A DNA stretch of 63,984 nt, filler included, from Octopus bimaculoides (lineage: Eukaryota), in NCBI RefSeq assembly GCF_001194135.2. It is 5 parts of 5 records of this genome, joined end to end, with 100 filler letters (N's around TTAATTAATTAA, not from the genome) between each part and the next. Parts side by side here need not be neighbours in the genome. Positions count along the whole stretch, not along the records: positions 1 to 17,085 come from NC_068981.1; 4 more parts are not named here. The stretch is one strand, 5' to 3'. Positions 1 to 13,163 of the stretch are shown piece after piece. A program made the translations under genes and the position numbers. The first letter of the stretch is position 1. Each line of letters starts with the position of its first letter. Under the pieces are notes generated by a model, which saw only the letters and a list, made by a program, of their open reading frames with translations, was not told where the DNA came from and did no database searches.

Positions 1-114
1 ATGGTGGGATGTATGTATGTATATATATGTATGTATATATTCTTTAATTCTATTTCTTGTTTCAGTCATTTGATTGCGGCCATGCTGGAGCACCGCCTTG
101 ATCATGTATGTATG

Positions 115-333
115 TCTGCGTGTTTGTGTCTGTCCTCCCTCACCGCGTGACAACCAGAATTGGTGTGTTTATCTCTTCGCTACCTAGCAGTTCGACAAAA
201 GAGACCGATAAGTTAATAACAAGGCTGAAAATTAAAATACTGGAGTCGATTCATTCCACAAGTAAATTTTTCAAGGCGGTGCCCCAGTATGGCCGCAGTC
301 TAATGACTGAAGCAAGTAAAAAATAAAAGATAA
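115..333 (+). mobile_element. SINE family A, 3' half
   Basis: Matches the family A 3' body and tail. Confidence 0.72.
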
Positions 334-614
334 ATGATATAACATGCGTTTGGGACTGATTGTTAGACGTACACGTACTCTAGAGTTTCCCAACACAAAT
401 CGTTTCGTCGAGTGGTATTAAAGTTTTCTTGGTTTTTTTTTTTTCTCACTTTTGTTCTTGCTTAGAGAATTGCAAATAACGGAAACCTCTTGAGTTATAA
501 CGGAATGATTATAAGCCTCAAACAGCTAAGTAAATTCTCCTAGACGCTCAGAATACTTTATTCGATGTTTTCTTACCATATCTAAGTGATTGTTTTTGTG
601 TGTGGGTGCATATA

Positions 615-859
615 CAGTAATGCCTCGATATACGAGTAAATTGTTTTCATGGAGATCACTCGTAAAGCAGAGCAATAATTTCTCATAGTAGCAATGAAAT
701 CTCATGCCGTCATTTTACTCTGTCGCTGTGTAGACGCGTCAGAACCAGTGTTGCTACATGTTGAGATATTGTCACACAATATAGCTGTAAAATATTTATT
801 ATAAAACTTCTAAACCTAGGGTCTCGTAAAGGGAGTCCTCGTAAAGTGAGGTATTACTT
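615..859. mobile_element. MITE, pogo/Tigger-type termini
   Basis: Left end TA|CAGTAATGCCTCGATATACGAG and right end (reverse complement) TA|AAGTAATACCTCACTTTACGAG form an imperfect ~22-bp TIR with TA flanks; no ORF. Confidence 0.65.
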
Positions 860-954
860 TATGTATGTGTGTACGTGTGTGTGGAGGAAGGTGTATAGCT
901 AGCTAGCTAGATAGATAGATAGATAGATAGATAACAGATTTTGCTTTTTCTCTT

Positions 955-990
955 TAAGAATCCAGTAGAGGCACAACGACGGTTAATGTG

Positions 991-1047
<57 letters not shown>

Positions 1048-1084
1048 GCACATTAACGGTCGTTGTGCCTCTATTGGATTCTTA
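955..1084. repeat. 40-bp inverted repeat enclosing a (CA)n(TA)n microsatellite
   Basis: 955-994 versus 1045-1084, 2 mismatches in 40 bp. Confidence 0.92.
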
Positions 1085-1145
1085 TATATATATACATACA
1101 TACATACATACATATATATATAGGTACATATATATACATATATAC

Positions 1146-1181
<36 letters not shown>

Positions 1182-1769
1182 TAATATATATGTATACACA
1201 TTGTACATACATATACACACACACATATATGTATATATATATATATATATATAAATATATATATATATACATATATTCACATTCATACTTATATACATGC
1301 ACACATACACACACATTAATACATACAAGCATACGTACATGCATGCATACATACATACATACATACATACATACATACATAGACACGCACACGCACACAC
1401 ACACAGTTGTTTAAATAAAGCAGAGGATGTTTTAGTAGAGTTATATTAGTTATTACTACATGTTACTAACATTGAGGAAACATTAACCTCAGCTAATTGT
1501 GCATAACAATCTTTCAGACATTACTAATAGGATGATGTATTAATAAAATTTCAAAAGGCCTTAGACTTCCTTCTTCAGCGGCCATTTTACAGACGTAGTA
1601 CTTGCTACCAAACGTACATAAGAGCAACAGTAATATAATAATAGGATAAATAAAGAGTGAAATGAAAGCCAAAAGGAATTGCCACCATTATATATACAGA
1701 TCAGAGGCCGAGATTCAGTTCTTATATCATCCAATTTCACACCATTATGTATATTTGTATGTGTGTTTT

Positions 1770-1825
<56 letters not shown>

Positions 1826-2029
1826 ATACACATATGCACTCATACACACGCATACATGCATATACATACACAAATCATACGCACGTACAAAGAACTTGCA
1901 TGTATGAGTATGTGTGTGCTTCTGTGTGTGGGTGTGTACATGTCTGTAAATGTAAATGTGCACTCAAACTCACTTTTGTACAAACACGCGGAACATACAT
2001 GTGTATGTGTATGTACGCATGTATGTATG

Positions 2030-2091
<62 letters not shown>

Positions 2092-2271
2092 TAGCCCTTG
2101 GTACGTTTTTTTTTANNNNNNNNNNGATAGATAGATAGATAGATAGATATAGCCCTTGGTACGTTTTTTTTTATTTATATATAACTATATCTATACATCT
2201 ATATGCTTAAATGCATATGTATATATTTGACATATAGACATCTATAGACACATGTATATATATGTACGTAA

Positions 2272-2433
2272 TTTTTTTTCTCCGTGTTTTTCTCCTTGTC
2301 TCCGTATTCTTTCTGTTGAAGAGCGTAGCTCGAAACGTCAAAGACTTTCCGTATTCCCGAGCGTCATACTAATATATCCTTTTGTTATTTACACCACCTG
2401 TCCTCGTCTGTTGTTATTTTTTGTATATTCTCC
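2272..2433 (+). repeat. Dispersed repeat family D (Penelope-terminus-like), copy 1
   Basis: Aligns over ~160 bp with the reverse complement of 8051-8210; contains the GAGCGTAGCTCGAAACGTC motif. Confidence 0.75.
2308..2344 (+). ncRNA. Minimal hammerhead-like motif with atypical core
   Basis: Stem I TCTTT/AAAGA, core CTGTTGAA (non-canonical), stem II GAGC-gta-GCTC, GAAA, ACGT palindrome, GUC triplet. Confidence 0.4.
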
Positions 2434-3161
2434 NNNNNNNNNNNNNNNNNNNNNNNNNNNNNNNNNNNNNNNNNNNNNNNNNNNNNNNNNNNNNNNNNNN
2501 NNNNNNNNNNNNNNNATACATATATATATACATATATATATACATACATATATATATACATATATATATATATATAAACACACATACATAGATACATACA
2601 TGCGAATGTGTGTGTGTGTGTATAATTATATACATATTTCTGTTGACTTATCCCAGTAAATTACACCAGCTTGTGTTTCGTGATAATCATTGCTAGATCC
2701 CAAAACATTAAACTATGCTCTTTCAAAAGGCCTGCATTCCACGGGACTGGGCAGTAAGTAAATGGTCGAAAATAGGGTGGCATGACAATCACAAAGATTT
2801 GCTCACTTGGCAACGTATAATGAATTTTGTATTTACATGACATTTTTACTTTTCTATTCCCTGTAATCTCTCTTCTACCACCACGACCCTTCTTTCTGCC
2901 CCCCCCCCTGCCATCCTCTCCTGCTCTCGAGCTGCGGCTATAACCATCCGTTCGTGTAAGTGAGTGTATGTGAGTGCGACTATCCTTGTTCAGGCTTTCT
3001 ATTATGAATATTTCACTATGTCTACTCAGCTGTCACTTAATCAATTGCTCTTTTGATTTTTCTAACGCTCTCTTACTCTCACTTCATTACTTTCCCCTTT
3101 TTCTCTCTCCCTATATATATGTGTGTGTATGTGTGTGTGTGTGTGTGTGTCTGTGTGTGTG

Positions 3162-3216
<55 letters not shown>

Positions 3217-3353
3217 ATGCATATGTATGCAGATATGAGTCTCGCCCTATTTCTGAGTAAACCCAGCGCTATTTCCCTGCCTTCATTTATTCTGTACAGG
3301 AACTTCTGATTATTTTTGCTGCCATCTGTCTCTTGATATATGCATGTATTTGT

Positions 3354-3355
<2 letters not shown>

Positions 3356-3391
<36 letters not shown>

Positions 3392-3398
3392 GTTGTTG

Positions 3399-3462
<64 letters not shown>

Positions 3463-3530
3463 CATCATCATCATCATCATCATCATTATCATTAGCAGTA
3501 ACAGCAGCAGTAGCAGCAGCAGTAGTTTAT
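3356..3530. repeat. Compound (ATT)n(GTT)n(ATC)n(AGC)n microsatellite
   Basis: Direct inspection; explains the poly-I/L/M ORFs in the track. Confidence 0.95.
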
Positions 3531-4621
3531 TCTTGAAACTTAATTTTGGGATTTGTCGTGTCTATCGATTATTCCAGCGGCTGAGGCAGGAAAGAAGCGT
3601 GAGACTACATCAGCAAAAATATTCGCGAACATATCGAAATACGATTGTTTAATATCACATCAAGACTTGCTTAATGTTGGCAAAAGCGTTAGAAAATGCA
3701 TTTGACATTCGTCTATTCAGTTGTTCTATGCAAAATACATAATATCTGCATCTATTCACGTTCAAAAATTTAATATTTTTATATCTTTTGTATTTCGTGT
3801 ATTCAACAAATATAATCAGGGAAAGCGGCCATTGTTAATGAAGTTTTAGCTTTGATGGGTTAACGGTTTCTTTAATTACACAGCCATTTTCCACTGAATA
3901 ACAAATCCATTATGTAGGAAGTATACGATTTTATTCAGTAGGTGATTAGAAAGCCCTTAATTAATTGCGATAGAAGTATCCGAAGGAATTCACTCATTCT
4001 GATCTTTTTTTTTTTTTGTTCAAAGTCGTAAATGTCTGTTGCAGACTGTTTTACATCTTTAAGAGAAAGAGATCGAATCTTCAGTAATCATTATTATAGG
4101 AGTATATGTGTTGTACAATGAGGCAATTGTTTTATAATCGGTTATCTTTATCCTTATTTAAATCCCAGATGTACCTGGAGAGTAAAGTACAACTTCCCAA
4201 ATTTTTAAATATATGTTTTTGACGAACATTTTTTAGTATTTTCAAGAGGACTATATGGTTTTGTTTCATACTTATCTGCCAAAAAGAGCTCATACTTCGG
4301 AAATAAATCTATCGTTGAAGACAGAGATATTTTCTAAAAGTTTTCACTTTATTCACCCACTTAAATCTCGCTATTAATATTGTGATGTCTTCATTTGTAA
4401 TGAATAACTGGTCACGTGAAATTCTGACGTAAGTTCCAATAAAGTTCAGCTTCTAATAAAATGTACTTTATTTTATCTATTGAGTATATCTTCCATGATT
4501 CTTAACATAAACGATCACGAACATATATGCATGTGTATGCATGTGTGTGTATTTATATAAACGTGTGTATAAAGGTTAATTGAAAGTGCTCACACATTAC
4601 AAACGAAACATTCCGCATCTC

Positions 4622-4679
<58 letters not shown>

Positions 4680-4925
4680 NNNNNNNNNNNNNNNNNNNNN
4701 NNNNNNNNNNNNNNNNNNNNNNNNNNNNNNNNNNNNNNNNNNNNNNNNNNNNNNNNNNNNNNNNNNNNNNNNNNNNNNNNNNNNNNNNNNNNNNNNNNNN
4801 NNNNNNNNNNNNNNNNNNNNNNNNNNNNNNNNNNNNNNNNNNNNNNNNNNNNNNNNNNNNNNNNNNNNNNNNNNNNNNNNNNNNNNNNNNNNNNNNNNNN
4901 NNNNNNNNNNNNNNNNNNNNNNNNN

Positions 4926-5002
<77 letters not shown>

Positions 5003-5666
5003 ATAGATAGATAGATAGACGATACAAGAAAATACATGCCAACATATTTAACATATTAGCATGTTCAATGAACCAATAAATTTCAATCACTTAAACTTAC
5101 TTATGTGGTAAGAAGAAAACTCGTAATGTTAATGATTAATTGTTATAATGAACGACAGGTTGATAATACAGTTATTTAAATCAGTTAAGAATCATAATTA
5201 ATTAAAGATAAAATACAATGGATAAGTGTTGTGCTTGGAAGTATGGTGACAACACCGGATACGTTTCGGCATTATCAAACCTCACCAGTGAAGCATATTT
5301 TAACCAGCACAACTAGACGAAAAATTAATTCGGTTATATAATTGAAATTTTAATGAATAAACACGCATTGGTATAATAACTTAAAATATATAGATATTGG
5401 TAAATACCCAGCGGCTTTAGCAGCATGAAAATCAAATTCCAAAGTGGATGCCAGAATCTTTAGTACATTATTCAACACATCAATATATATATTTATGAAA
5501 ATAGAACACTTAACATATTCCCCCTACATATCAACATCGCAATTGATTAATATATCAAACTGTCAGCATATTAGTCTGTCAACTTTATCTATCTTCTTGC
5601 GTATCTATTTATCATCTACATCTCAATCTTTCAACATATTAATCTATTAATGTATCCGACCTAGTT

Positions 5667-5862
5667 GGCGGAATGCTGGCAGAATCGTTAGCACGCCGGG
5701 CAAAGTGTTTACGTTCCATTTTTACGTTCTCACTTCGAATTCCACCGAGGTCGACTTTGCCTTTCATCCTTTCAGGATCGAAAACATAATACCAGTCGAG
5801 TACTGGGATCAATGTAATCAACTTTTCCTTCTCCCCAGAAATTACTGGTCTTGTACAAAAAT
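5667..5862 (+). mobile_element. SINE family B, diverged
   Basis: Homologous head and GTCGACTTTGCCTTTCATCCTTTC body. Confidence 0.78.
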
Positions 5863-5872
5863 CGTACATATA

Positions 5873-5919
<47 letters not shown>

Positions 5920-5927
5920 GTATATAT

Positions 5928-6090
5928 ACACGACCGGTTTCTTTCAGTTTCCGTCTACCAAATCCACTCACAAGGCTTTGGTAGAACCGGAAGATATAGT
6001 ATAAGACACTTGTCTCAGGTGCCACGCAGTGAGACTGAACCCGAAAATATGTGGGTGGGAAGCAACCTTCTTACCACAAAGCCACGCTTG
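5928..6090 (-). mobile_element. SINE family A, 5' half
   Basis: Matches the head and first body segment; ends in (TA)n. Confidence 0.78.
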
Positions 6091-6974
6091 CATATATCAT
6101 ATATTATTTTTATCATATATATATATCTATGCATCAATGTACCGTCTAACTTATCAGTTTAACTACACGCTTACATGTATCAATAAATTAACGTATCACT
6201 ATTAACACCATCAGTCCATTTACATATATCAATATATCTACATCTTCCTGTCTCATTTCTTTTCTCTTTCCATAATCATCTCACTTTCTCTGCCTTCTCA
6301 CTCTATATCTTACCCAATCACCAACCTCCCACCAACCCCACTCCACAAGCTTTACCCCCACCTCAGCTGCCATCCATCCCTGAAAAGAAAATTGCTTAAA
6401 TATCACAAGTTTCCGTTTTCCTCTCCTTTATTCCCTCTTTGTCAATAAATTATCGCTTCAGAAGGGGACACCTATTTCATCAAACCGCCTACGCGAACAC
6501 CTTTTTTTTTAATTATTATTATTCTGTTTGTTGCTTTTTTTAGTTGTTATACATCCTTTCATCTGTTTGTTACATCGTGTTCCTCATTCTGTGCAGCTTC
6601 CTGTTGTCATTCAACGCTTTTGTTGCCGCTGTTGTTTCTTGAGTGTACCCCTCGATCAGCTTAGGCCGAGCACACCTTTGATTCAAGATATTCCAGCCTT
6701 GTATATCAACGACTAACCCAGCACTGTATATTATACCTTCTTTAAGTATATATACATCTTTTATCTTTTGTCTATATCTTTTGACAGTCATCAGGCTGAC
6801 CCTTGAATTTTTAGTCGAATAAATGAATCGAACCCAGTACTTCATTTTTAAGCCTGGTGCTTATTCAATCGGTCTCTTTAGCTGAACCGCTAACTTATGG
6901 GAATGCAAGCACGCCAACACCACCATATAGTGTGGTGTGATGGTGTTGGGAGTGGGGAGGCGAGAGTGTAGATG

Positions 6975-7040
<66 letters not shown>

Positions 7041-7094
7041 CAAAGACAGGTGAAGGAACAACAAGCAGGTGATTTGTTTAACGATCGGAAAGAA

Positions 7095-7917
7095 TGGAAA
7101 CGTCCCAGATATGATTAGCTTTCTCTTCCCAAGAACCCAAGTTCAACCATACTTTGCTCCAGATGGGTTAGTATGTATCCTATAGTCCTGAACTTGTAAT
7201 TTGGGTAGAGTAACTGTGGATTTCTAGATTGTTCAGAGTAGGTAATTTCTTTTTCACTGATCTTTAGCTTTATGTTAACATCTACTTGGCAGCTGATTTC
7301 TACTACTGTACACGGTTTCTCTTCGCTGTCCCAAATCACTATGCCAGGCCTATTGTACATACATTTTATTGAGATTTTTCTTGGGACATTTCACCTCTAC
7401 TCCTCCATATTATGAGTGGTTATGGCTTCAGGGATATCTTTCCGACGGATCTCGTTATACAGTGTCCTAGCAACATCGTATCTCATCGGTAGATAAAAGC
7501 GCGATGGCATTTTTGGACAACTGCTTATGGTTTGGGTGATGTCTTCAGTGTCAACTCCACAAAATCTGCATCGGTTATCACATTTTGGTATTTTCCCTGT
7601 GTCTCTGTCCCTTTTGAGGGACAAGTATTTGATTGATATTTCTTGTTCCTGGATAGCAAACGCATACCCTTCCGAGTGAGAGTTAGTAATTCGGTTGTTG
7701 GTCCTATGATAGACTGCTTTCATGATCAATGTTATTATCATCCCGGAGCTTTCTACTAACATATAGATGCATGGTCGTCTGCTCATATACGCTCTTCCTT
7801 TCATCTGACGATACATTGAGGTAGATCTGTGCGACTTATTTGCGTATGTATTCAAGGAAATCAAACATGAAATGCTACTCAAGGAACTGCTTTCTAAATC
7901 TAGGGACGTTATCTGCC
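7095..7917 (-). mobile_element. Decayed non-LTR retrotransposon, R4/Dong-like, zinc knuckle plus restriction-like endonuclease end
   Basis: Track ORFs give EGYAFAIQEQEI, CRFCGVDTEDITQTISSCPKMPSRFYLPMRYDVA (CCHC/RHD-like) and NRPGIVIWD..VVEISCQVD (PD..D/E-type RLE), interrupted by frameshifts. Confidence 0.8.
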
Positions 7918-8050
7918 TTGTATGTATGCATGTACGTACATATGAATGTGTGTATGTCTGTATGTATGCGTGTATATAGATGTAGGTATGTATGTATCTA
8001 TGCATGTATATATGCATGTAGATATGTATGTATGTGTGTATGTATGTATA

Positions 8051-8210
8051 GGGAGAATTCACAAAAAAAAACAACAGACGAAGACAGGTGGTGTAGAAAA
8101 CAAACATGTATTAGTATAACGCTCGGGAATTGAAAAAAGTTTTTAACGTTTCGAGCCTACGCTCTTCCACAGAAAGGAACACAGAAAGAAACAAGGAGAG
8201 AAACAAGGAG
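8051..8210 (-). repeat. Dispersed repeat family D (Penelope-terminus-like), copy 2
   Basis: Reverse complement aligns with 2272-2433. Confidence 0.75.
8140..8176 (-). ncRNA. Hammerhead-like motif, second copy of family D, atypical core
   Basis: CTTT CTGTGGAA GAGC-gtag-GCTC GAAA CGT T AAAA; weaker stem I. Confidence 0.3.
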
Positions 8211-8256
8211 ATGCGTGTATGTACGTGTGTATGTATGTATGTGTACATATCCACTT

Positions 8257-8437
8257 TATTCAACAAAAACAATAACAATATATAACAAAAACATCTTTAA
8301 ATGATTATTCCGGAGCATATTCACCATCTACTTCAATTACTTCTTCCCATTTGATTGGCAGACGGGCAGACGGGCAGACGGTCAAACGGTCATTTAAAGA
8401 TGTTTTTGTTAAATATTGTTATTGCTTTTGTTGAATA
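8257..8437. repeat. 48-bp inverted repeat (MITE-like), right end abuts a gap
   Basis: 8257-8304 versus 8390-8437, 2 mismatches; the spacer contains three GGCAGAC(G) copies. Confidence 0.88.
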
Positions 8438-10159
8438 NNNNNNNNNNNNNNNNNNNNNNNNNNNNNNNNNNNNNNNNNNNNNNNNNNNNNNNNNNNNNNN
8501 NNNNNNNNNNNNNNNNNNNNNNNNNNNNNNNNNNNNNNNNNNNNNNNNNNNNNNNNNNNNNNNNNNNNNNNNNNNNNNNNNNNNNNNNNNNNNNNNNNNN
8601 NNNNNNNNNNNNNNNNNNNNNNNNNNNNNNNNNNNNNNNNNNNNNNNNNNNNNNNNNNNNNNNNNNNNNNNNNNNNNNNNNNNNNNNNNNNNNNNNNNNN
8701 NNNNNNNNNNNNNNNNNNNNNNNNNNNNNNTGGACGTGTGTATGTATGTATATCTGTATGTATATATGTATGTGTGTATGTATGTATGTATGAATGGTGT
8801 GTATGTATATATGCATGTAGATATGTAAATATGTATATATGCGTGTGTATGTATGCATGCATGTATGCATGTATGTATGAATGTATGTATGTATGTATGT
8901 ATGTCGGCAGGTTCTATGATCCTGTATGTTCCCGATCATCTGCAAGTCCGTATTTATCAACGCTTCTTTGGTTATATTGCTGATGTTGTTGTTATTGTTG
9001 TTGTTATTGTTGTTGTTATTGTTGTTGTTCTCGCTGTTCTTGTTGTTTTTGTTGTTGTTGTTAAGATCACAGTTGTTATTACTACAACTGATGCTGTTAT
9101 CTATTCTCCCGTCCAACCTTTCCCCCTTCTGCCTTGCACAAATAATAATCTTCCTTCAACATCCATAAAACAACTATATAGTATTGCATTTTTATTCTAG
9201 CTATTTTTTTTATAGTTTTTTTGCTTTCAATTAACCTTAATAACCACCACCACCACCACCACCACCACCATTACCATTTCTTCTCCCATGAGCACTAAAT
9301 TACGATGTTCATCACNNNNNNNNNNNNNNNNNNNNNNNNNNNNNNNNNNNNNNNNNNNNNNNNNNNNNNNNNNNNNNNNNNNNNNNNNNNNNNNNNNNNN
9401 NNNNNNNNNNNNNNNNNNNNNNNNNNNNNNNNNNNNNNNNNNNNNNNNNNNNNNNNNNNNNNNNNNNNNNNNNNNNNNNNNNNNNNNNNNNNNNNNNNNN
9501 NNNNNNNNNNNNNNNNNNNNNNNNNNNNNNNNNNNNNNNNNNNNNNNNNNNNNNNNNNNNNNNNNNNNNNNNNNNNNNNNNNNNNNNNNNNNNNNNNNNN
9601 NNNNNNNNNNNNNNNNNNNNNNNNNNNNNNNNNNNNNNNNNNNNNNNNNNNNNNNNNNNNNNNNNNNNNNNNNNNNNNNNNNNNNNNNNNNNNNNNNNNN
9701 NNNNNNNNNNNNNNNNNNNNNNNNNNNNNNNNNNNNNNNNNNNNNNNNNNNNNNNNNNNNNNNNNNNNNNNNNNNNNNNNNNNNNNNNNNNNNNNNNNNN
9801 NNNNNNNNNNNNNNNNNNNNNNNNNNNNNNNNNNNNNNNNNNNNNNNNNNNNNNNNNNNNNNNNNNGGTGCTAGTGGTGCTGGTGGTGGCTGCGGCGGTG
9901 GTGAAACTATAAGTGGTAGCATTTGTGGTTGTTGTAGTGGTGTTGGTGCTGGTGCTGGTAGTGATGATTGTGATGATGTTGGTGGTGGTGGTCGTCGTCG
10001 TCGTCGTCGTCATCGTCGTGCTGGAGCTGGTAATGGTAGCGGCGGTGGTGGAATTATAGTAGTTATAGTGGTGGAATTATAGTAGTTATAGTGGTGGTGG
10101 TGGTGGTGGTCATGTTGTTAATATTTTTGCTGCTGCCTCTACCATCACCGCCATTACAA

Positions 10160-10890
<731 letters not shown>

Positions 10891-11194
10891 CACTTTCAAT
10901 ACAGTAACCATAAGAGCATCACAGCAAACCACAGCACATACCCAAGGCACACAGAGCTGCGCTCGGTAGTGAAGTGAAAGCACGTTATAAAAACAACAAC
11001 AACAACGACGACGACGACAACAACAACAACAACAACAAGCGCACTCAGAGAGCGCAAACCTCTGCCAAGGTAACAACAACGTCCTCTAGACGATTAGCCA
11101 GAGATGATTTTAAAAATGAGAATATCTGAAATAAACTCGACTGCTCTCACAAACGAGAATACTAAAAATGAACCCGACCGCCCTCAAAAATAAA

Positions 11195-11396
11195 GTTAAA
11201 AACAGGAAAAATAATCCAGAATCCTTGTCCGTATCGGATCGATCCCAAAATCTAATCAGTTCGTGCCAGTCATGATGTCAAACATCCCTGAAAGTTTCAT
11301 CCGAATCCTTCCAGCAGTTCTTGAGATATCTTGTCCACGGACTAACAAACACGTCTGAAAACAATACCTCCGCCTTCGCTATGGCGGAGGTAATAA
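11195..11396 (+). mobile_element. Probable Helentron/Helitron-associated non-autonomous element 3' part
   Basis: Ends in a perfect 10-bp hairpin TACCTCCGCC-ttcgctat-GGCGGAGGTA (11365-11392) preceded by GAAAACAATA. The family assignment is from recalled similarity; the 5' boundary is uncertain. Confidence 0.4.
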
Positions 11397-11580
11397 TGGC
11401 CTCTCCCATCGAAGACGACGTATAACTGTTCAGCTTTTGCTGAACGATCTGTACAAATGATTTGTTTATAGTGATCAAATGTATGTGCCTTACATTGGCT
11501 CACTCTACATCCCTGTAACACTGCCATGTCAAATACTTTTGGAAATGGTCCACGATCTTTGACCCGAAGATCCTCCATAA

Positions 11581-12070
11581 GACCTTAAAATAGAAATTGG
11601 CAAAATGTGGAACCTTAAGACTAAAACAATACCTGTTATCATAGCTGCCCTAGGAATAATAGCAAAAAGGGCTGATTGCTACCTATCTCAGATTCCAGGA
11701 TATCCAAAAATGGAAGAAATTAAAAAAATAGTGCTCATGGGAACTGTTTATATCCTACGAAAGAAATTGTTTGTGTAATCCACCAAAACATTGTCAAAAT
11801 AAGTTTTAAATGTCCATAATAGCAAACACCTTTTACTGTCATTTTAAGATCATAGTATCGTCTTATAATCAAATTACTTTTAAAACAAACTTTTAATTTT
11901 CTTAGGATTTGACAGACATTCTCTAGAACAGTACTCTGTGCAAAACCAAAAATATCGCACCCTAGTCATAACACCAACTTGAATTTCTAATTTGTTGTCT
12001 CTTGAGATCCCTGGATGAGACTTGGAGTCAGCGTGTACAAATACAAAGCAAAAGCCATACATACAATAAT
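11581..12070 (+). mobile_element. 3' end of an R4/Dong-like RLE non-LTR retrotransposon with 3' UTR
   Basis: Frame from 11581 reads DLKIEIGKMWNLKTKTIPVIIAALGIIAKRADCYLSQIPGYPKMEEIKKIVLMGTVYILRKKLFV*, the typical RLE C-terminus. The UTR boundary is approximate. Confidence 0.75.
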
Positions 12071-12112
12071 CCTTTAGTAGAAAGGATTATTGTACGATCG
12101 GCTTTTGCTCTG

Positions 12113-12307
12113 CAAGGCCTGAAATTTGGTGGAAGAGACTAACCGATTACATCGACTCCAGTGTTTCAGTGGTATTTAATTTATCGACCCTGAAAAGATG
12201 AAAGGCAAAGTCGACCTGGGCGGAATTTGAAATCAGAACGCAGCGACAGGCGAAATACCACTAAGTATTTCGTCCAGCGTGCTAACGTTTCTGCCAGCTC
12301 GCTGCCT
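12113..12307 (-). mobile_element. SINE family B
   Basis: Reverse complement aligns to 19235-19445. Confidence 0.82.
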
Positions 12308-12782
12308 TAATCAATTAATAAATTAATGACCGCTGACATATCTAGTCGCCCATCTACACTACTTCTCGTCATACTAAATACAGAGGCAGTCCTCCATTCA
12401 TTGCCATCATTCACAGTAATCGTTAATCATTGTCATAAACGCAGTCGTCGTTATCATGACCACCACCACCAACATCATCATGATTATCATTAATATATTC
12501 TGCAAATACCATCATTGTTACTACTACTACTACTACTACTANNNNNNNNNNNNNNNNNNNNNNNNNNNNNNNNNNNNNNNNNNNNNNNNNNNNNNNNNNN
12601 NNNNNNNNNNNNNNNNNNNNNNNNNNNNNNNNNNNNNNNNNNNNNNNNNNNNNNNNNNNNNNNNNNNNNNNNNNNNNNNNNNNNNNNNNNNNNNNNNNNN
12701 NNNNNNNNNNNNNNNNNNNNNNNNNNNNNNNNNNNNNNNNNNNNNNNNNNNNNNNNNNNNNNNNNNNNNNNNNNNNNNNNNN

Positions 12783-13163
<381 letters not shown>

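Noticed and set aside
2079-2173. Direct repeat GATAGATATAGCCCTTGGTACGTTTTTTTTTA on both sides of a 10-N gap
   Set aside because: Typical overlapping-contig-end artefact.
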